This document shows, piece after piece, positions 11,990 through 26,164 of a stretch of DNA of 64,000 nt (position 1 is its first letter; each line of letters opens with the position of its first letter). The notes beneath the pieces were generated by a model. That model did no database searches. It saw only the letters and a list, made by a program, of their open reading frames with translations, and was not told the DNA's origin. The stretch comes from Takakia lepidozioides (Eukaryota; Plantae; Bryophyta), in NCBI GenBank assembly GCA_030704615.1, contig CM060731.1, positions 55,986,001 through 56,050,000 on the forward strand, given 5' to 3'. A program made the position numbers and the translations under genes.

Positions 11990-14390
11990 ATTGAAGACGA
12001 AACCTCATTCATTCAATGGGCGATTGAATGGTTGCCCATCCAAATGATTTTTGTTTGCTTTCAATCTTTGCCACTATGTTCAACATACCATGTATCAGAT
12101 CCCGGACTAATATGAAATCAATCGAAATTCATTCGATGGCTCAACGGATGGTTGGCCATCGAAATGATTTTGGTTTGCTTTGAGACTTGGCCACTATGTT
12201 CAATGTGCCCTGTAAGAGGCCCCAGAGTAATATGAGATCAATCGAAATTCGTTCAATGGGCCAACGGATGGTTGCCCATCCAAATGATTTTCGTTCGTGT
12301 TGAAACTTGGCCAGTGTGTTCAATGTACCCTCTGATACGTCCCAGTGTAATATGAGATCAATCGAAATTCGTTCAATGGGCCAATGAGGCGTTCACTTGT
12401 CATATGGTTTTTGTTCAATGCGAAAAAGAAATCCTGCAATGCGTGCACGGCTATTGCACCCATTGAACGGATGTGGTTGAAGCCCCTCTTTTGCCCCCAT
12501 GTGCTTGAACATGTGTGGGACACATGTGCGGAGACACTTTAGACGAATAAATCATTTGCCTCCCCATCGACGCGTTCACCCCTCAAGCCATTCCACAATT
12601 TAATTGAATTTAAATTCATTTTAAGCCAATAAATAGGTTTGCACTGCCTTTCATTGGGGGTTTCTGGCACATATCAATTTTGTTTTTGGCTCAATTTTGT
12701 TCTGCGGTTTCAAGCATCCCACCGCTACTCCCCTGCCAAAATTTGGACCAATAAAAAATGCCCCCAAAAAAAAGTGTTCTCTTCGCTCACTATTGCAGAA
12801 CTCTCTTTAAAGAATGCATGAAGTAGAACACAAATCTAGTTTGGAGTGCAAAACACAGAAGAAACTATGGTTTTCGGTCCAAATGAATTATGTTTACTCC
12901 CAAATTTGGCACGCACGTTGCATATGGCTACATTATACGCCCCATTCAAAAACGGAATGAAAAAAAAATCGTGTACACGCGAAACACAGTCCAACATGTC
13001 CCAAAGCAATAGCAGATCCAACGAAATACATTCAACGGGTGAACGGATGGTTGCCCATCCAAATCATTTTTGTTTGCTTCCAAACTTTGCCAGTACGTTC
13101 GAGACACCCTCTCACAGGTCCCGGACTAATATGAGATTAGTCAAAATTCATTCGATGGCTCAACGGATGGTTGGTCATCGAAATGATTTTGGTTCGCTTT
13201 GAGACTTGGCCACTATGTTCAATGTGCCATGTAAGAGGCCCCAGAGTAATATGAGATCAATCAAAAAAATTTCAATGGGCCAACGGATGGTTGCCCATCC
13301 AAATGATTTTCGTTCGCTTTGAAACTTAGCTAGTGTGTTCAATGTATCCTCTGATACGTCCCAGTGTAATAGGAGATCAATCGAAATTCGTTCAATTGTC
13401 CAATGAGGCGTTCACTTGTCATCTGGTTTTTATTCAATGCGAAAAAACAATCCTGCAATGCGTGCATGGCTATTGCACCCATTAAACGGATGTGGTTGAA
13501 GCCCCTATTTTGCCCCCATGTGCTGGAACATGTGTGCGACACATGTGCGGAGGCACATTAGACGAATAAATCATTTGCCTCCCCATCGATGCGCTCACCC
13601 CTCAAGCCATTCCACAATTTAATTGAATTTAAATTCATTTTAAGCCAATAAATAGGTTTGCACTGCTTTCATTGGGGGTTTCTGGCACGTATCGATTTTG
13701 TTTTTGGCTCAATTTGTACTGCGGCTTCAAGCATCCCACCGCTACTCCCCCGCCAAAATTTGGACCAATAAAAAATGCCCCAAAAAAAAAGTGTTCTCTT
13801 CGCTCACTATTGCAGAATTATGAAGTAGAACAAAAATCTTGTTTGGAGTGCAAAACACGGAAGAAACTGTGGTTTTGGGTCAAAATGAATTATGTTTGCT
13901 CCCAAATTTGGCACGCACGTTGCATATGGCTACATTACACGCCCCATTCAAAAACGGAATGAAAAAAAAATCGTGAGCACGTGAAACACAGTCCAACAGG
14001 TCCCAAAGCAATAGCAGATCCAACGGAATACATTCAACGGGTGAACGGATGGTTGCCCATCCAAATCATTTTTGTTTGCTTCCAAACTTTGCTAGTATGT
14101 TTGAGATACCCTCTCACAAGTCCCGGACTAATATAAGATCAATCAAAATTCATTCGATGGCTCAACGGATGGTTGGCCATCGAAATGATTTTGGTTCATT
14201 TTGAGACTTGGCCACTATGTTCAATGTACCATGTAAGAGGCCCCACAGTAATATAAGATCAATAAAAAATCGTTCAATGGGCCAACGGATGGTTGCCCAT
14301 CCAAATGATTTTCGTTCGCTTTCAAACTTGACCAGTGTGTTCAATGTACCCTCTGATACGTCTCAGTATAATATGAGACCAATTGAAATT
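11990..14390. repeat. Satellite of ~120-bp monomers arranged in a ~1-kb higher-order duplication, inside the hAT element
   Basis: aacggatggttg(c/g)ccatc recurs at ~12143, 12263, 13042, 13162, 13282, 14044, 14164 and 14285. Block ~12130-13150 is duplicated as ~13150-14160. Confidence 0.85.
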
Positions 14391-14838
14391 ATTTTGTGCT
14401 TTGAGAACTTTGTGGGTATGTTCGTAGAAAGATCGTAGATTTTGCGAAATGATTATGAAATATGCAGTGACCAGGCAAAATTTGTTTGGAAGACGATCGT
14501 TCGTAACTCGTTATAACTTATTGATTTACATCAATTTTCCTTGTTCTCCAGCTTTCGGAGTTCATTGCAAATACCCACATACACGTCATGACCAAATATG
14601 ACACCATTGTAAATTTGTTTACAGGATGAACAACTTCTTCCCCATCACACGAGTGTAAATGTGAAAAAAACGCTGCTCATGCAATTGAAATTGGCAGGTG
14701 CCGCACATGTGCATTGTGTATTAACAAAATTGGTAATATAGAAAAATGACGGAATGCTATCACTGTGTTTTCCAACAATATTCAAGGTACAACAAAAATG
14801 CACATTGTATATGTACTACGCTGTCAGTCATTAAAAGC

Positions 14839-16260
14839 CTAGTCGTCACCGTCCGAGGACAATGAATTTGATGTTGTGGCCTGATTTGCACTGCCAATTG
14901 CCAGAGCTTGCGACCGTGATCTCGTGGTCAATGAGGGGCCCAATGGCATGTGATCAATTCTGGCCTGCATCCACCTACTTCGCGACGAAAGTTGACTTTC
15001 TTCTTCACTCTCACGACGTGGCGGAGGTGGATTGAGAACAAGTGCTTGGGCTGCATGCAAATCGGCAACGAGGCCGTCCACATCCGGCAATAGAGCCCCC
15101 GAAACACGATGATAACGGTCTGTCCATAGTCGCCTCCATTTCTCTACAACTGCCTTGATGGTACTTTGAAACTTTCCAACTGCTTCTCGCAGGCCCTGTC
15201 CTTAATCATTGTGTCGTTTCGACAATAAGCCGCCTCGTACGCCTCATTCATTCGGCGTTGACATATTATAGCATATTCCAGTTCGGACAGCAACAAACGT
15301 CTCCCAATCGGTTGTCGGTCATACAACTCGTTCTCCTCCGGCACCCATGGAACTTGTGGGAGCCGGATAAACCTGGACCTTCTTTGACTCCAATGTCCTC
15401 CCAGATTGCGGCAAAACTGCTCTCTCTCCCACCAATCTCGAATGCATCCCACACGTATGGTCATCTCTCAGTCAAATGTGACCCAGAAATACTGGGGATC
15501 TTTGATGTATGCCGGGTTTCCGGCATGTATGCCATGCATCTCTCTGTCTGCATCCCATATCAAGTTCTTGCCCCAATGCACACTATTCAGAAATGTGAAT
15601 GGTAGCCCATCCAATGGGAGGTTGTGTCGATTGTATTCAAAACCTATGGGCATCCGTTCCTCCAAGCCCACCAGCTCATAGAAACGGTGATGGATTGGTG
15701 TATGGCATTCTGGGCAAGCGCTCATCCGCAAGGCTTGCGGGATAAGACATGTGAGATGGAATATATGTCCACATGATCCAAGCACATGACATCCCTCTGG
15801 ACCGTATGGATTCCTACACATCGAACAAACTGTGCCATCTGATATCCATGACGGCAAAACGCCTCGTGGTATCTCCTCTCTCTGGTTTGATGTGGCTGCT
15901 TATCCTTGTTGTTATTTCCCACTCTTCCTCTATCTCCAAATTCCAGTTTATACTTCTGTTCGACCCCAAAATTTTGTGCTCACATCGATCGAATATAGAA
16001 TCCACATCTGCCCAATTTGTATACCCGGCGAACACGCTTGATGCGATGCGGAGATCGTTATACCTTTGGATGTTGGCATAAATGTTATCCACGCTACGGT
16101 TCGACATGCGTGCGATACATTGCAAGCCTGACAGTGCCCGCTCTACCCGTGCTTCTCTGGAGGCCAAATGGGTCGCCAATTGTACTTAATTCTCCCAATC
16201 GCCATTCAATGGGACCCATGCCCGAATCTCCAACATTTTGGACAAGCGTCATGCAGTTGC
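14839..16260 (-). pseudogene. RING-H2 finger-containing cargo gene (frameshifts and stops)
   Basis: CSMC-x14-CGHIFHLTC-x10-CPEC (C3H2C3) in ORF 15468-15857. Collinear broken ORFs at 15814-16179, 15144-15464 and 14839-15090. Confidence 0.7.
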
Positions 16261-17388
16261 CATGACAATGTTCTGCTCCTTTGTAACGCGGTCGACATCT
16301 AATATCGGATTCATCTCGGATTGAATGACGACCCTCGAGTATTCCCCGGTTTTCAGTACTGGTTTTTTTTTTTTCCTCCTTCTCTCATCCGCAATTCGTT
16401 GTTCCTCAATCATGGTTTTATCGGCCATAGGGTCAAGGACTTTAAAAAAAAATAGAAATTAAAGCGACCACCAGTAATTTTACGAAGAAACAAAAAACGA
16501 TCGCTATTACATCGCGTTCACTGTATTTACAAAGAATAAAAAATAAATATGACCGCCAGTGATGCCGGTCGCTGCATTAAAATAAAAATGAATGCAGAGT
16601 TGGAAGCATGACACAATTGTTCTTCATTCCACAAACAAGTCACCGAACACAAACATGAGCAAGTGACGGTGCATTTGGCCGACATTTTGGCTGGTATACA
16701 CATGGGCAACATCTTTTATTTTCCAACACATACACAACAACAATACAAATACTCATAGTGACAATGATCATACTGGTATTACTTCACTACATAAATGTAA
16801 ACATGTTCACTAAAATGTGTTGATGCCTTCCTACAACTGTTTTGCTTCAATTCCTTCTACTACTTCGACAGCGAGACGAAGAAGATCTTAATTCTAATGC
16901 TTCGATAGGTTGAAAATCCGGGTTACCCTCGACTTCACTACCATTGCCATGATCCGTGCTGGAATCGTCCTCTCTATCCGACCTCATATGTCCAGGCTTT
17001 TGAATCTGCAAGCGACCTCGAACCACTTTTAGTTCTCTCTGAGGTCGACTCCCACTCCGGTCTTGAATACCATCCACGGTATCTTGCCTGTTTGTGGGCC
17101 GATCACCTACAAAAGGTTGGACTGTTCTCTGTCATTTATGGACTTGGGACGCAATCGAAGGTGGTCTCGAAGGAGGTATCGGAGGGGGGTCTGTCCGAGA
17201 TGGACCGGCATTAGATGGTCCGGCATGTGAGGAACCACGGGTCTGCTGCGCAACACGTCAGTTAAGGTGAAATTGTAGTGGCGGGTTGTCATCATCCGAG
17301 GCTTCAACTTCCGCCCGGTCCATTGCAGCAGAATGATGCGTGCATGTGGAAAACAGATCAACCTTGTTGTTCCTTAATGCCCGTTGTG

Positions 17389-19860
17389 TTAATGGGGAGC
17401 TGAATCGGTTTTGGCATTGTGGTGGAGCTGGTCGTATCGGTGAGGCATGATCCCGTCCCGTCGACTATACAATGGGTTCAACACCATCATTTGTATGAAC
17501 AGGGTTGCGTACGTCGCTTGGTCCTGGAAGTTCATCACCCCTAAGCTCCATTGGGGCACTACCGGTGGCTTCAGCGTGTAGTGGGGGGCGAGGATCGACC
17601 CCAACTTCATTTTGAGGACCATGTTCTGGGGATGACAAGTTGTAGCTTCACCTTCATCTACGATACGCACTTCTTTAAGAATGTCATCAAAGGTCGGCTG
17701 GATATAAGCATCCTCCTCTGTGAATGTAAACGGGTCATACGCATTTTCGGGAGAATCATCGGATCCATCTTCACTATCAAAGGCAGATGATTCCCTCTGA
17801 GATGATTCTCTCTGAGGCTCAGTATCGTCACTCAACGAATCTACCTTAGAAGTAGAGTCTTCGGAATGCAAATTCCTCTCATACCATGCTGCAGCATCAT
17901 CCGCTGCCCTCTCACGTAGCAGTCGGCAATTGGTATACATTTACACCAATTTGTCAGCCCTCGCAGGATTCAACCTGTTGCGAATCTTGTTGTGAACAAA
18001 TGAGTGATTGCTCCAATTGCGTTCGCAAGATGAGGCAGAGCACACTTGAGCAAGAATACGCTTCGCAATAGGAGCCAATATTCTTGCTCTAGCTCCAATC
18101 AGATCCAACTATTCATGTGACAACATATTGAGCTCTTTTGGATCCGGCATGTCCTCAAAAGGGTCGCGGCGATCTGAGAAGCATTGGTACTCGGATATAG
18201 CTCTCTCTGCCATGCTCAGCGGAGCCAGTTGCATGAGCACTCGCATGAGGCCGGCCTTGGCATCAGCGTCGTCTTGGAGCATGGTATTGTCGAGCAAGAA
18301 TGGATTGAGCAAAACCCCCGCATAATGCAAGTCCATTCAAACCATCGAACGACGGTCGTGAAATGCATCTTCAGCACTGTCCGCAAGTTCAGGTTCCAAG
18401 GAGAAGGGAGGATGTCTCAAGGATTGGACGTGCTTATCAAGATTTTGCATTAGTAACCATGCCTTGCCCATTACTGGTTGCTTTCCATCAAACTCCCGCA
18501 AGACGATTAATACCGGTTCTACCATATAAACAAAGTTTTCATATTTCTTCTATAAATCATCGTTGCGAGTGCTATTTTAAACTTTTCGACTTTTGCCCAA
18601 TGACTTGGCTTTTCTGAAGTCCCACAATGTCCGTATATACGCATCTCATTGAGGATCGATGATGGTGTGCTCCAGACTGCTCTTCACCGTCACCAACCGA
18701 TCCACCATCAAGAAGTTAGTGACAAAACGAGTTTCACCTGGATTGTGGAGGTTGTATTTGGATTCATGCCTCCTCTATATTGCCAAAAGGATGTGGTGTG
18801 TGCGGATGAATGACACAACAGTCTTCGCTCGCTTGACAAGTTGTTTCACCCACTGTTCTTATCCCCAATCTTCCAAAAGGAGGTCAAGGATATGAGCAGC
18901 ACAACCTTGATAGTACATATGGGGATAACGTGCCAACAAGATGTCTGTAGTGTTTCTCATGTTAACGGCATTGTCTGTGCATATTTGCATGATTCAATCA
19001 CTTCCGACCTGTTCGATGAAGTCCGTCAATAGTTGGCATTGATAACGTCCATCTTTCTTCTCGCCGCTAGTGTCGATCGATCCCAAGAATTGTTTCCCAG
19101 CTGGACATACGAGCATGACATTGAACAACGGTATGTTTGTAACAGAACTCCAACCATCGGCACATATAGTGCGCTATCGTTGACCTTTTGGGTAAGCTCG
19201 GTCATGGCGTCTTCTAGCAATCATGTGCGGAGATTGTGAAAAATCGGAGGCACGTACGTAGATCTGGACTCTGAGGTTGCTCTAACGGCAGAAACAAATG
19301 TCGGAAGCCTTGCCACATTAAATGGTATGTTGGCCTCGAAAAAAAACTGCGCCCATTTTTTATCCAACTGTCTTTTCGTAGACAAGTTAAGACCTTCCTG
19401 CATGGATTGCTGCCGTAATCCTCTACTCCGTTGAAGTGTAGCTTGGGTACAAAGAGGTGTTGAAGCAGGTGTTGCTCCGGCACAACCCACTTGTCCAAGG
19501 ACACCCGAAGCCTCACAAAAGTCGCCCTGGATACTAATCGGGGCATCCTGATGGGAAGATGGAGTGTTCTGCTCAGAGGTCATGTCCAGATCCAAAGACA
19601 TTGGAATATTGCCTCCACACTGGGCAAAATGATTTTTTACCCGCATAGATGCTTTAGGGCATAAACCCACCTCAGCGCTCTTCACACCTTTATAGCCGAG
19701 GTGAGCGAGCAACCGATCCTTACGATAACAAAGCTTTAATCCACATATAGGTTGCACTCAACACTACCAGTGGCACTAACAGTGTTCGGGATTGCCGTAT
19801 ACCAAGGGTTCCATTCCTCCCTCATCTTCACCCAATATCCACTCCCCTGGGCCCTAGCGA
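17389..19860 (-). pseudogene. hAT-superfamily transposase (zf-BED, DUF659-type core, C-terminal dimerisation domain), degenerate
   Basis: BED-like ICGLKLCY..DRLLAHL..C, then WAQFFFEANIPFNVA, DGWSS, QICTDNA, PGETRF, LHYAGVLLNP and ILAQVCSASSCERNWS..HNKIRNRL. Multiple stops and frameshifts. Confidence 0.85.
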
Positions 19861-20254
19861 TGTATGCAACAAAAAACAGTCACCTATAAATGAATGTGTT
19901 GTGAATGTAGAGTGCAATGCGATTGCCCAACACTCCTACACCTGTAAGCAACCCAAGTGGATCGATGTGGGTTGTAGTGTTGAGCTTATACACAATCTGC
20001 TGAAGTGGCTTTGGTGGAAGCGACAACGGCAAAAGATGCGCACCCTCCTCTTGGGCTACACTCTCGTTCAATGGAAGAGAACATCCAAAGCAACCTCAAG
20101 TGTTTGCGCCAAAAGAAGTGAGGAGCTTGGTGACCCTCATTCTTTATATATGATCCAAGAATGATGAAAGTGAAATGAAAGTGAAATGAATAAATGACGA
20201 ACCAATAGCGCCCACCCAAAAAAGGTTGTACAACCATATTTGTTGTAATTTTGA

Positions 20255-20860
20255 AATTAAGCGACCGCTAATACTACGGTCGCTATTTTTATTTTTTATG
20301 AAAAACAAGCGACCACCACTACTGCGGTCGCTTTTATTTCCTTTCATTTTGTGCAATATTGCGGTCACTTCTATTTTGTATATTCTTAAATTTAAGCGAC
20401 CGCCCATATGGCGGTCGCTATTGTTTTTTATTTCAAAATATAATGCGACTGCCGGTATGGCGGTCGCTTCATTTGTTAATATATTTCAAATAAAGCGACC
20501 GCCAATATGGTGGTCGTTTTTATTTTTAATATTTCTAAAACCACGCGACCGCCAGTAAGGCGGCCGCTTTTAATCTTTATATTTTCAAGTTTAAGCGACC
20601 TCTATTTTTTTTTAAAAATAAATTGAAGCGACTGCCAAAATAGCGGTCGCTATTTCTTTTTTTAATTCAAAAAATAAAGCGACCGCCAGTGCGACCGCCA
20701 ATCTTGCTTTAAAAAATAAATAAATTGAAGCGACCGCCAATAGGGCGGTCGCTATTTCTTTTTTAATTTCGGAAAACAAAGCGACCGCCATAATTGGCGG
20801 TCCCGTTCATTTTGTTAATTTTCAAAATGTATTTGCCACCGCCACCGTGTCGGCGACGTG
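20255..20860. repeat. Right subterminal array: ~12 palindromes GCGACCGCC-Nn-GGCGGTCGC at ~50-bp spacing
   Basis: Same motif as 8231-9020, for example at 20396, 20445, 20495 and 20730. Confidence 0.9.
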
Positions 20861-20985
20861 GCTGCTTAAGTGGCAGTATTTTACCTGATACTATTTTTAT
20901 CAGAATATTCCCCGAACCTGATGTGACGGAGGTCCCGTCAACGTCAGGTCTGTTGTGACCTGACGTTGATAACCGAGGGGCACGT

Positions 20986-23176
20986 TTGGAAGAAGAGTTT
21001 GACATCTTTCGTTGTAATCCATAGAGATTCCACACACTTGCAATCCTCCGATGTAATGAGGATTGCCGGTGGTTTCCCTTTCCTGAATATAAGAGGCATG
21101 ACATAAGCAGCCTTCGGGGCAGCCACAATTTCCAGAGCAGAGCAACCCTTGAGGTTGAGCGCAGGAAAGGAGTTAGAGTGGAGACAAGTATTGGAGAAAA
21201 AAGAATTGCATGAGATACCTGTGGTTATCTTAGGGCCCGCTTGCTTGGTACGAGTAGTTAGGTGAACCTCTGGAATTGTTGATCTTTCCTTGAGAATTGC
21301 CTTGCCTTTGGAATTGATATTTCTCAGCTGGTCGTGGGCCCCCTGTTCTTTCCGCATAGGGTCCACATTGAAAACTCCTAGAAGAGACCTGGAACCTTGG
21401 GCTGGATTGCAGTGGATCTTGTTGGTAGGGTTTGTTTGACCGCCCTGCCTGCATGGTATTTGGCTGCCTCAAGCTAGGGTAAATCTTCGGTGATGTTGTC
21501 GTGTCCCTTTGCAGTGCCCTGCCTTTGGAGTTCATGATGTCCAGAAGAGTGTAGTCTTCCAATTATTTTGCATATGACCTTGCCTATGGACCTGGCTATG
21601 GAGACTCCTTGACTCGTGTGGGAGCCTTGGGTTGGATTGTGTGTGGTCCTAGCAGGAAGGCACATTGGAAGGGACTGTTGGTGCGGCATGCCACTGATTC
21701 AATCCTGGGATGCAATGGTCTCCCATCGATACTCCAGTTATCTGTCAATGTATTCGCTTGGTCCAGCAGTTGAAATGTTGGCTTCGGATTGGCAGGGGAG
21801 TGTTTACTTTTGGCTTCTGTGCATTCAATTTTGCATGTCTGGCCACAATTAAAGCATGCAGCGTAGGTAGGGTCCTCTATGAGCTTGATAGTGTAGAAAT
21901 TGCCCTTGTCATCAATAGGAAGTTTGACAACTGTGGTAGAATCTCATCATCAGGCATCATCAGAACTATTTTAGCACTCCCAGTTTCATACAAACGCGAT
22001 GCAATAATCACTTATTTCCACACAGGGTCATGTCTCAAGTTGGCAGTGCATATCTGGGGGTCAAACACCGCCAGGCAACCAAGGTATGAACCAAAATGAT
22101 TGGCTATATCTGCCAGGTTGACCAAGTATTGATCCGGGATATGAGGGACTGAGACAATGCGGGCCCTCCATAATTTCCCATTCATGTTTCCCATCTTGAG
22201 GACCAAGGGAATATGTTAACGTTGAACCCCATGGTGTGTGGGTTGAATGAAAGGGCCTGAGAGGCAGCTTCCCGAGTTTCAAAGAGAATTGAGAAAAACC
22301 CACGACCTTTTGAATGACAGAATTGTTGTCTAAGTTCCCCTGGGCCCCCTAGATGTCGAATGGCCCAGTCTCTGACAAGTGCCCTATCTATTCTTTTACC
22401 AGGGAAGTGGATGAGTATACCATGCTCCTCCATCGAGGCCACCCTTCTCTGAAGATGGGGGGAGTCCAGCGCAATCATAGGATAGTCTTTCTCCAGTTCT
22501 TCCTCATTGATTAGCTCCTCATCTGCATCGATTTGAGCTGGCGGAAAGAGGTGTTGCCAAATTTATCCGTGGCATTTTAGGCAGGGGCTGGAGGGGGGAT
22601 AAAGGGTTGTATGAGAAATGTGCCGGAGCTCTTGCTGATGCACTGGCCGAGCCCATCCTGGAGCAGCCATCATCGGCTGTTCATCCTTCCTCCCTTATTC
22701 ATCTTCTATCAACACAGGGGGTTCACTGATTCGTTGGTTTACGGAGCCGCCTCTATTTAATGCGGCGGTCTCTTTCTACAGAGACGTTTCCCGCTTCTTC
22801 CAGCTCCTCTACTTCCTCTTTCACTTGTTCTAGCTTAAGTGTCTCTAGTTTCTTCGCTCGTTGATAGCTCTTGTATGTATTTTTCTTACTTGCGATTCCA
22901 ATCCTTCTTGCATAGGCTCTCTTAAGTGTCTTTAGGTAGCTCGGTTTTCCAGTCTAGATCATTTTTCAGTGGAATAGTGGTCCCCGTTTCTTCTTCCCTT
23001 CGTCTCAATGGCTCCCGGAAACAAGCACCAGTCAAGGGAAGGGGATATGCGTGTCAAAGGATAGAGAAAAAGAAGGGGATATTGGTAATAGGATGCTCCG
23101 CATGGGAATGTAGAGGAAGAAACCGACCGTTGGGGAACCTTCCGCACCCGCCATCAATCCCTTTAGAGATCGCCCC
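20986..23176 (-). mobile_element. L1-type LINE (copy A), 5' part with frameshifted ORF1
   Basis: HGILIHFPG..FCHSKGRGFF..FPW matches ORF1 of LINE B (HGILVHFPG..FCHSMGRGFY..FFPW). It also has HFGSYLG and a broken CFNC knuckle. The 5' boundary is approximate. Confidence 0.75.
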
Positions 23177-23770
23177 TGGAACAATGATTGGATATATTAC
23201 TAAATAAATTCATGGAAAATTTCAATTGAATTTTTCAATAGTTAAGTTGTTTGTTTTCAAGTGTTTTTTTCAACTCTTTACACATGAAGTGGGCTTTCCT
23301 TGGACAATGAATGGATATCTGTATAGTAGGGATGCACTGACTTATTCTCATTATTTTTGGACCTGCGGGGTGGGAGATATGGAATTTCAAGTACTTTTGG
23401 TCCATGGAAATTCCCGGAAAATAGCTTTCCTGGAATAATGAATGGATATATTACCAAATAAATTCATGGAAAAAAATAAATTGGTTTTTTCAATATATGA
23501 AGCAAGGTAGTTTATTCGTTTGTTTTCAAGTATTTATTTCAACTCTTCACACATGAAGTGGGTTTTCCTCGGACAATGATAGGATATCTAATACTCATTA
23601 AATTCATGGAAAACAATAAATTGGTTATTTCAATATACGAAGCAAGGTAGTTTATTTGTTTGTTTTCAAGTGTTTTTTTCAACTCTTCACACATGAAGTG
23701 GGCTTTCCTCGGACAATGATTGGATATCTAATAGTCAATAAGTTCATGGAAGAAAAAAATGGTTCTTTCT
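23176..23770. repeat. AT-rich ~140-bp tandem repeats (3-4 copies)
   Basis: cacatgaagtggg(c/t)tttcct at ~23281, 23550 and 23690. ggacaatga..ggatat also recurs. Confidence 0.8.
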
Positions 23771-26164
23771 GGAATATAAAATTATTCTATAGTATGTGCT
23801 CAAAAACACGGTCCACACTATGAATGTTCACGTACTCTCTAGTCCAAGAACTAAGTATTGTGCCACCAAAAACAAAAACAAAAACAAAAACTACCCAAGA
23901 GTTCCATAGAAAATAAAATAACAAAATGAAGAGGATGCTTCATTTTTTAAACTAACAAAAAGCAGCGACCGCCAAGTCGCATTATTTTCTATTATTAAGA
24001 GACACCATAATTTACGCTCCCTTCGAGAGGCGTCTATATTCATTCATTTTATTATTAATAATATGACGGCGCCGCAAATATGGCAGTCGCTTTATATTTT
24101 TAAAAATAAAAAACAAGTGACCGTCAGTGTGACCCGCCACCCTTTGCTTTATTGTTCGCTTGTCTACATCCATTCTCACCCCTTCTCTGCTCTCATCCCC
24201 AAATTAGTTTTGCTAGTCCCCAAAATTATTGTTATTTCCCCCAACTTATTGTTGGATTGTTAGGTCCAGTCGTCCAGTCCGTTCAATGGTAAAATCGTAC
24301 AATATTAGTTCAATGGAGGACTTTTCATGGGATTTTGGTGTCAGCTCAATGGCAATTGTTGGTTGTCCGAAGAGGTTATTTCTGGAGAGATTATTACAAT
24401 GACTGCCCCTAACAATCAAATGAAACCCATTGTACTTTCGGAGAGGTCCCTCACCAACGTAGCCAAAAAATGATAATTTTTGCTCCAGAGCAACCGTTCA
24501 TCTCCTTCATTCTTGTGGCACTCTATCCACGATGGCACACAAAATTCTCCTCTTGTTACTGTTAATATGACGGCTAGGCAAATCATTACACAATGTTTCA
24601 CCATGCTCAATCACTTTCATACACAAGTGTTTCGGAGCTCCTTCATCATTATTAGATGTTGACATTTGTAACAACCTGCTGATGAAGGACTTCACTTCAT
24701 TAATTCCAGTCATGACTATGTCACCCATCCCAATGGGCTCCCAAGAGAACTTTTCCACATGAACCTCTGCACCATGAGCCCAACAGAAATGAGCCATTTC
24801 AAATTCTGATTGACTTTTATTCTCATCAGTGTGTTTCTGAACAATAAACGTAGGATATTTTGGCGTCCTGGTAGTCTTTTGTATGATCTCAAGTTATCTT
24901 TAACAGAATAAGTTCCATACCCTGCTTGCGCCTCTTTGAGGGAGCCATATGTATATATGCATTGTTGACACTACAACAAATGGGGGGGGTTTGCGACGCC
25001 AGCCGTGCCCCCACGCCCCGCGCGGCGCCGAGCATGTGAAGTCAACCCCGCGGCACCTTTTTGCGACGCTGGGCCGTCGCAGACAGACCGGGCGCGCATC
25101 GCAACGCCTGAAGTAGAGGCTGATCCACAGCCTGCTTGGAGGGCGTGGAGGCCTCAGCCTGCTTATGGCCCGTTTTGGCGACGTCGCCTATAAGACTCAT
25201 GAATTGCACCGGCGATTGAGGCTGAAACACCACCCCGACTACTAGAGGGCCCTAACACTTCTTCTCCGATAATTTGGGTACAGCAAAAGTCTTGAATGAT
25301 TATAAGATTAATGTAGAGTATAATTTTGAGAAAAAAATTCTTCTATTGTACGCTCTGGGCACATCTCTCAACAAGCATCCACAACCTCGTGCGGAGGCAA
25401 GGCTTGGTCGATATATCTGGATGGGACCAGCCCTCAACTTCCATTGGAGGCTCCACATTCAGGACGATAGGGCAAAATATCACTGATCCTCTGACTTCTG
25501 CAGGTTAAAGTTTCTGAAGCCTCAGTCTGGGTATCAGACAATGGCAGCCAGGGTTTTCTTTGTGGCGAGTTTTCTTAATTTCGCGAGGAATGACCCACAC
25601 GCATCTGAATCCGCTACATGGAGGCACCTGCAGCACAATGGTGACGACATAAGGCCGAGAAGTCGGAGACGAATAGTGAAGATGTAAATGAGGACGATGA
25701 TTCCGTAGGGATCCAGCTCAGACCGTCGATGGCCTAAGCATGTTCCATCGATGATCTGAGTTGCGATGGCCTGAGCATGCACTCCTTTCATGCGCATAAG
25801 GAGAATGACAATGGCCAAGATTTCACCTTCTGCATCTTCGCTGCCTTGACATTGCCCTACAAATTGTCGGTGTTCTTGTGGCTGCAGCGGGCCGAGTATA
25901 CTTCAAATGATGGAATGCGTTTAAATAGTGATAAAATGATTGCGGGTTCTAATGCAAACATTGAAAACTCGTCACCGCTCACAATGCTTCACCTTCTGCA
26001 TCTGCATAGGGGTCTTTGGATATGATGTTGCTTTCTGTGGGCGCTTCTATCTTCTAAATGCTTGGCCAGAAAGCTGACTCTAGTGTCTGAACGAACAACA
26101 CTAGCAGAGTGTATGAATCAAGGTGTAGACACGTTGTGCTGCTCGTTGCATTTGAAAAGAGCGT

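Larger units (their letters stand above)
8034..20977 (-). mobile_element. ~12.9-kb DNA transposon encoding a degenerate hAT transposase plus cargo, inserted into LINE A
   Basis: Flanked by the direct repeat (G)GGGCACGT at 8025/6-8033 and 20977/8-20985. Ends CCTAGTTATCA...TGATAACCGAG form a short imperfect TIR. Matching palindromic arrays lie at both ends. Removing the element restores the LINE ORF1 frame FFQTCP|PGSNPE. Confidence 0.8.
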
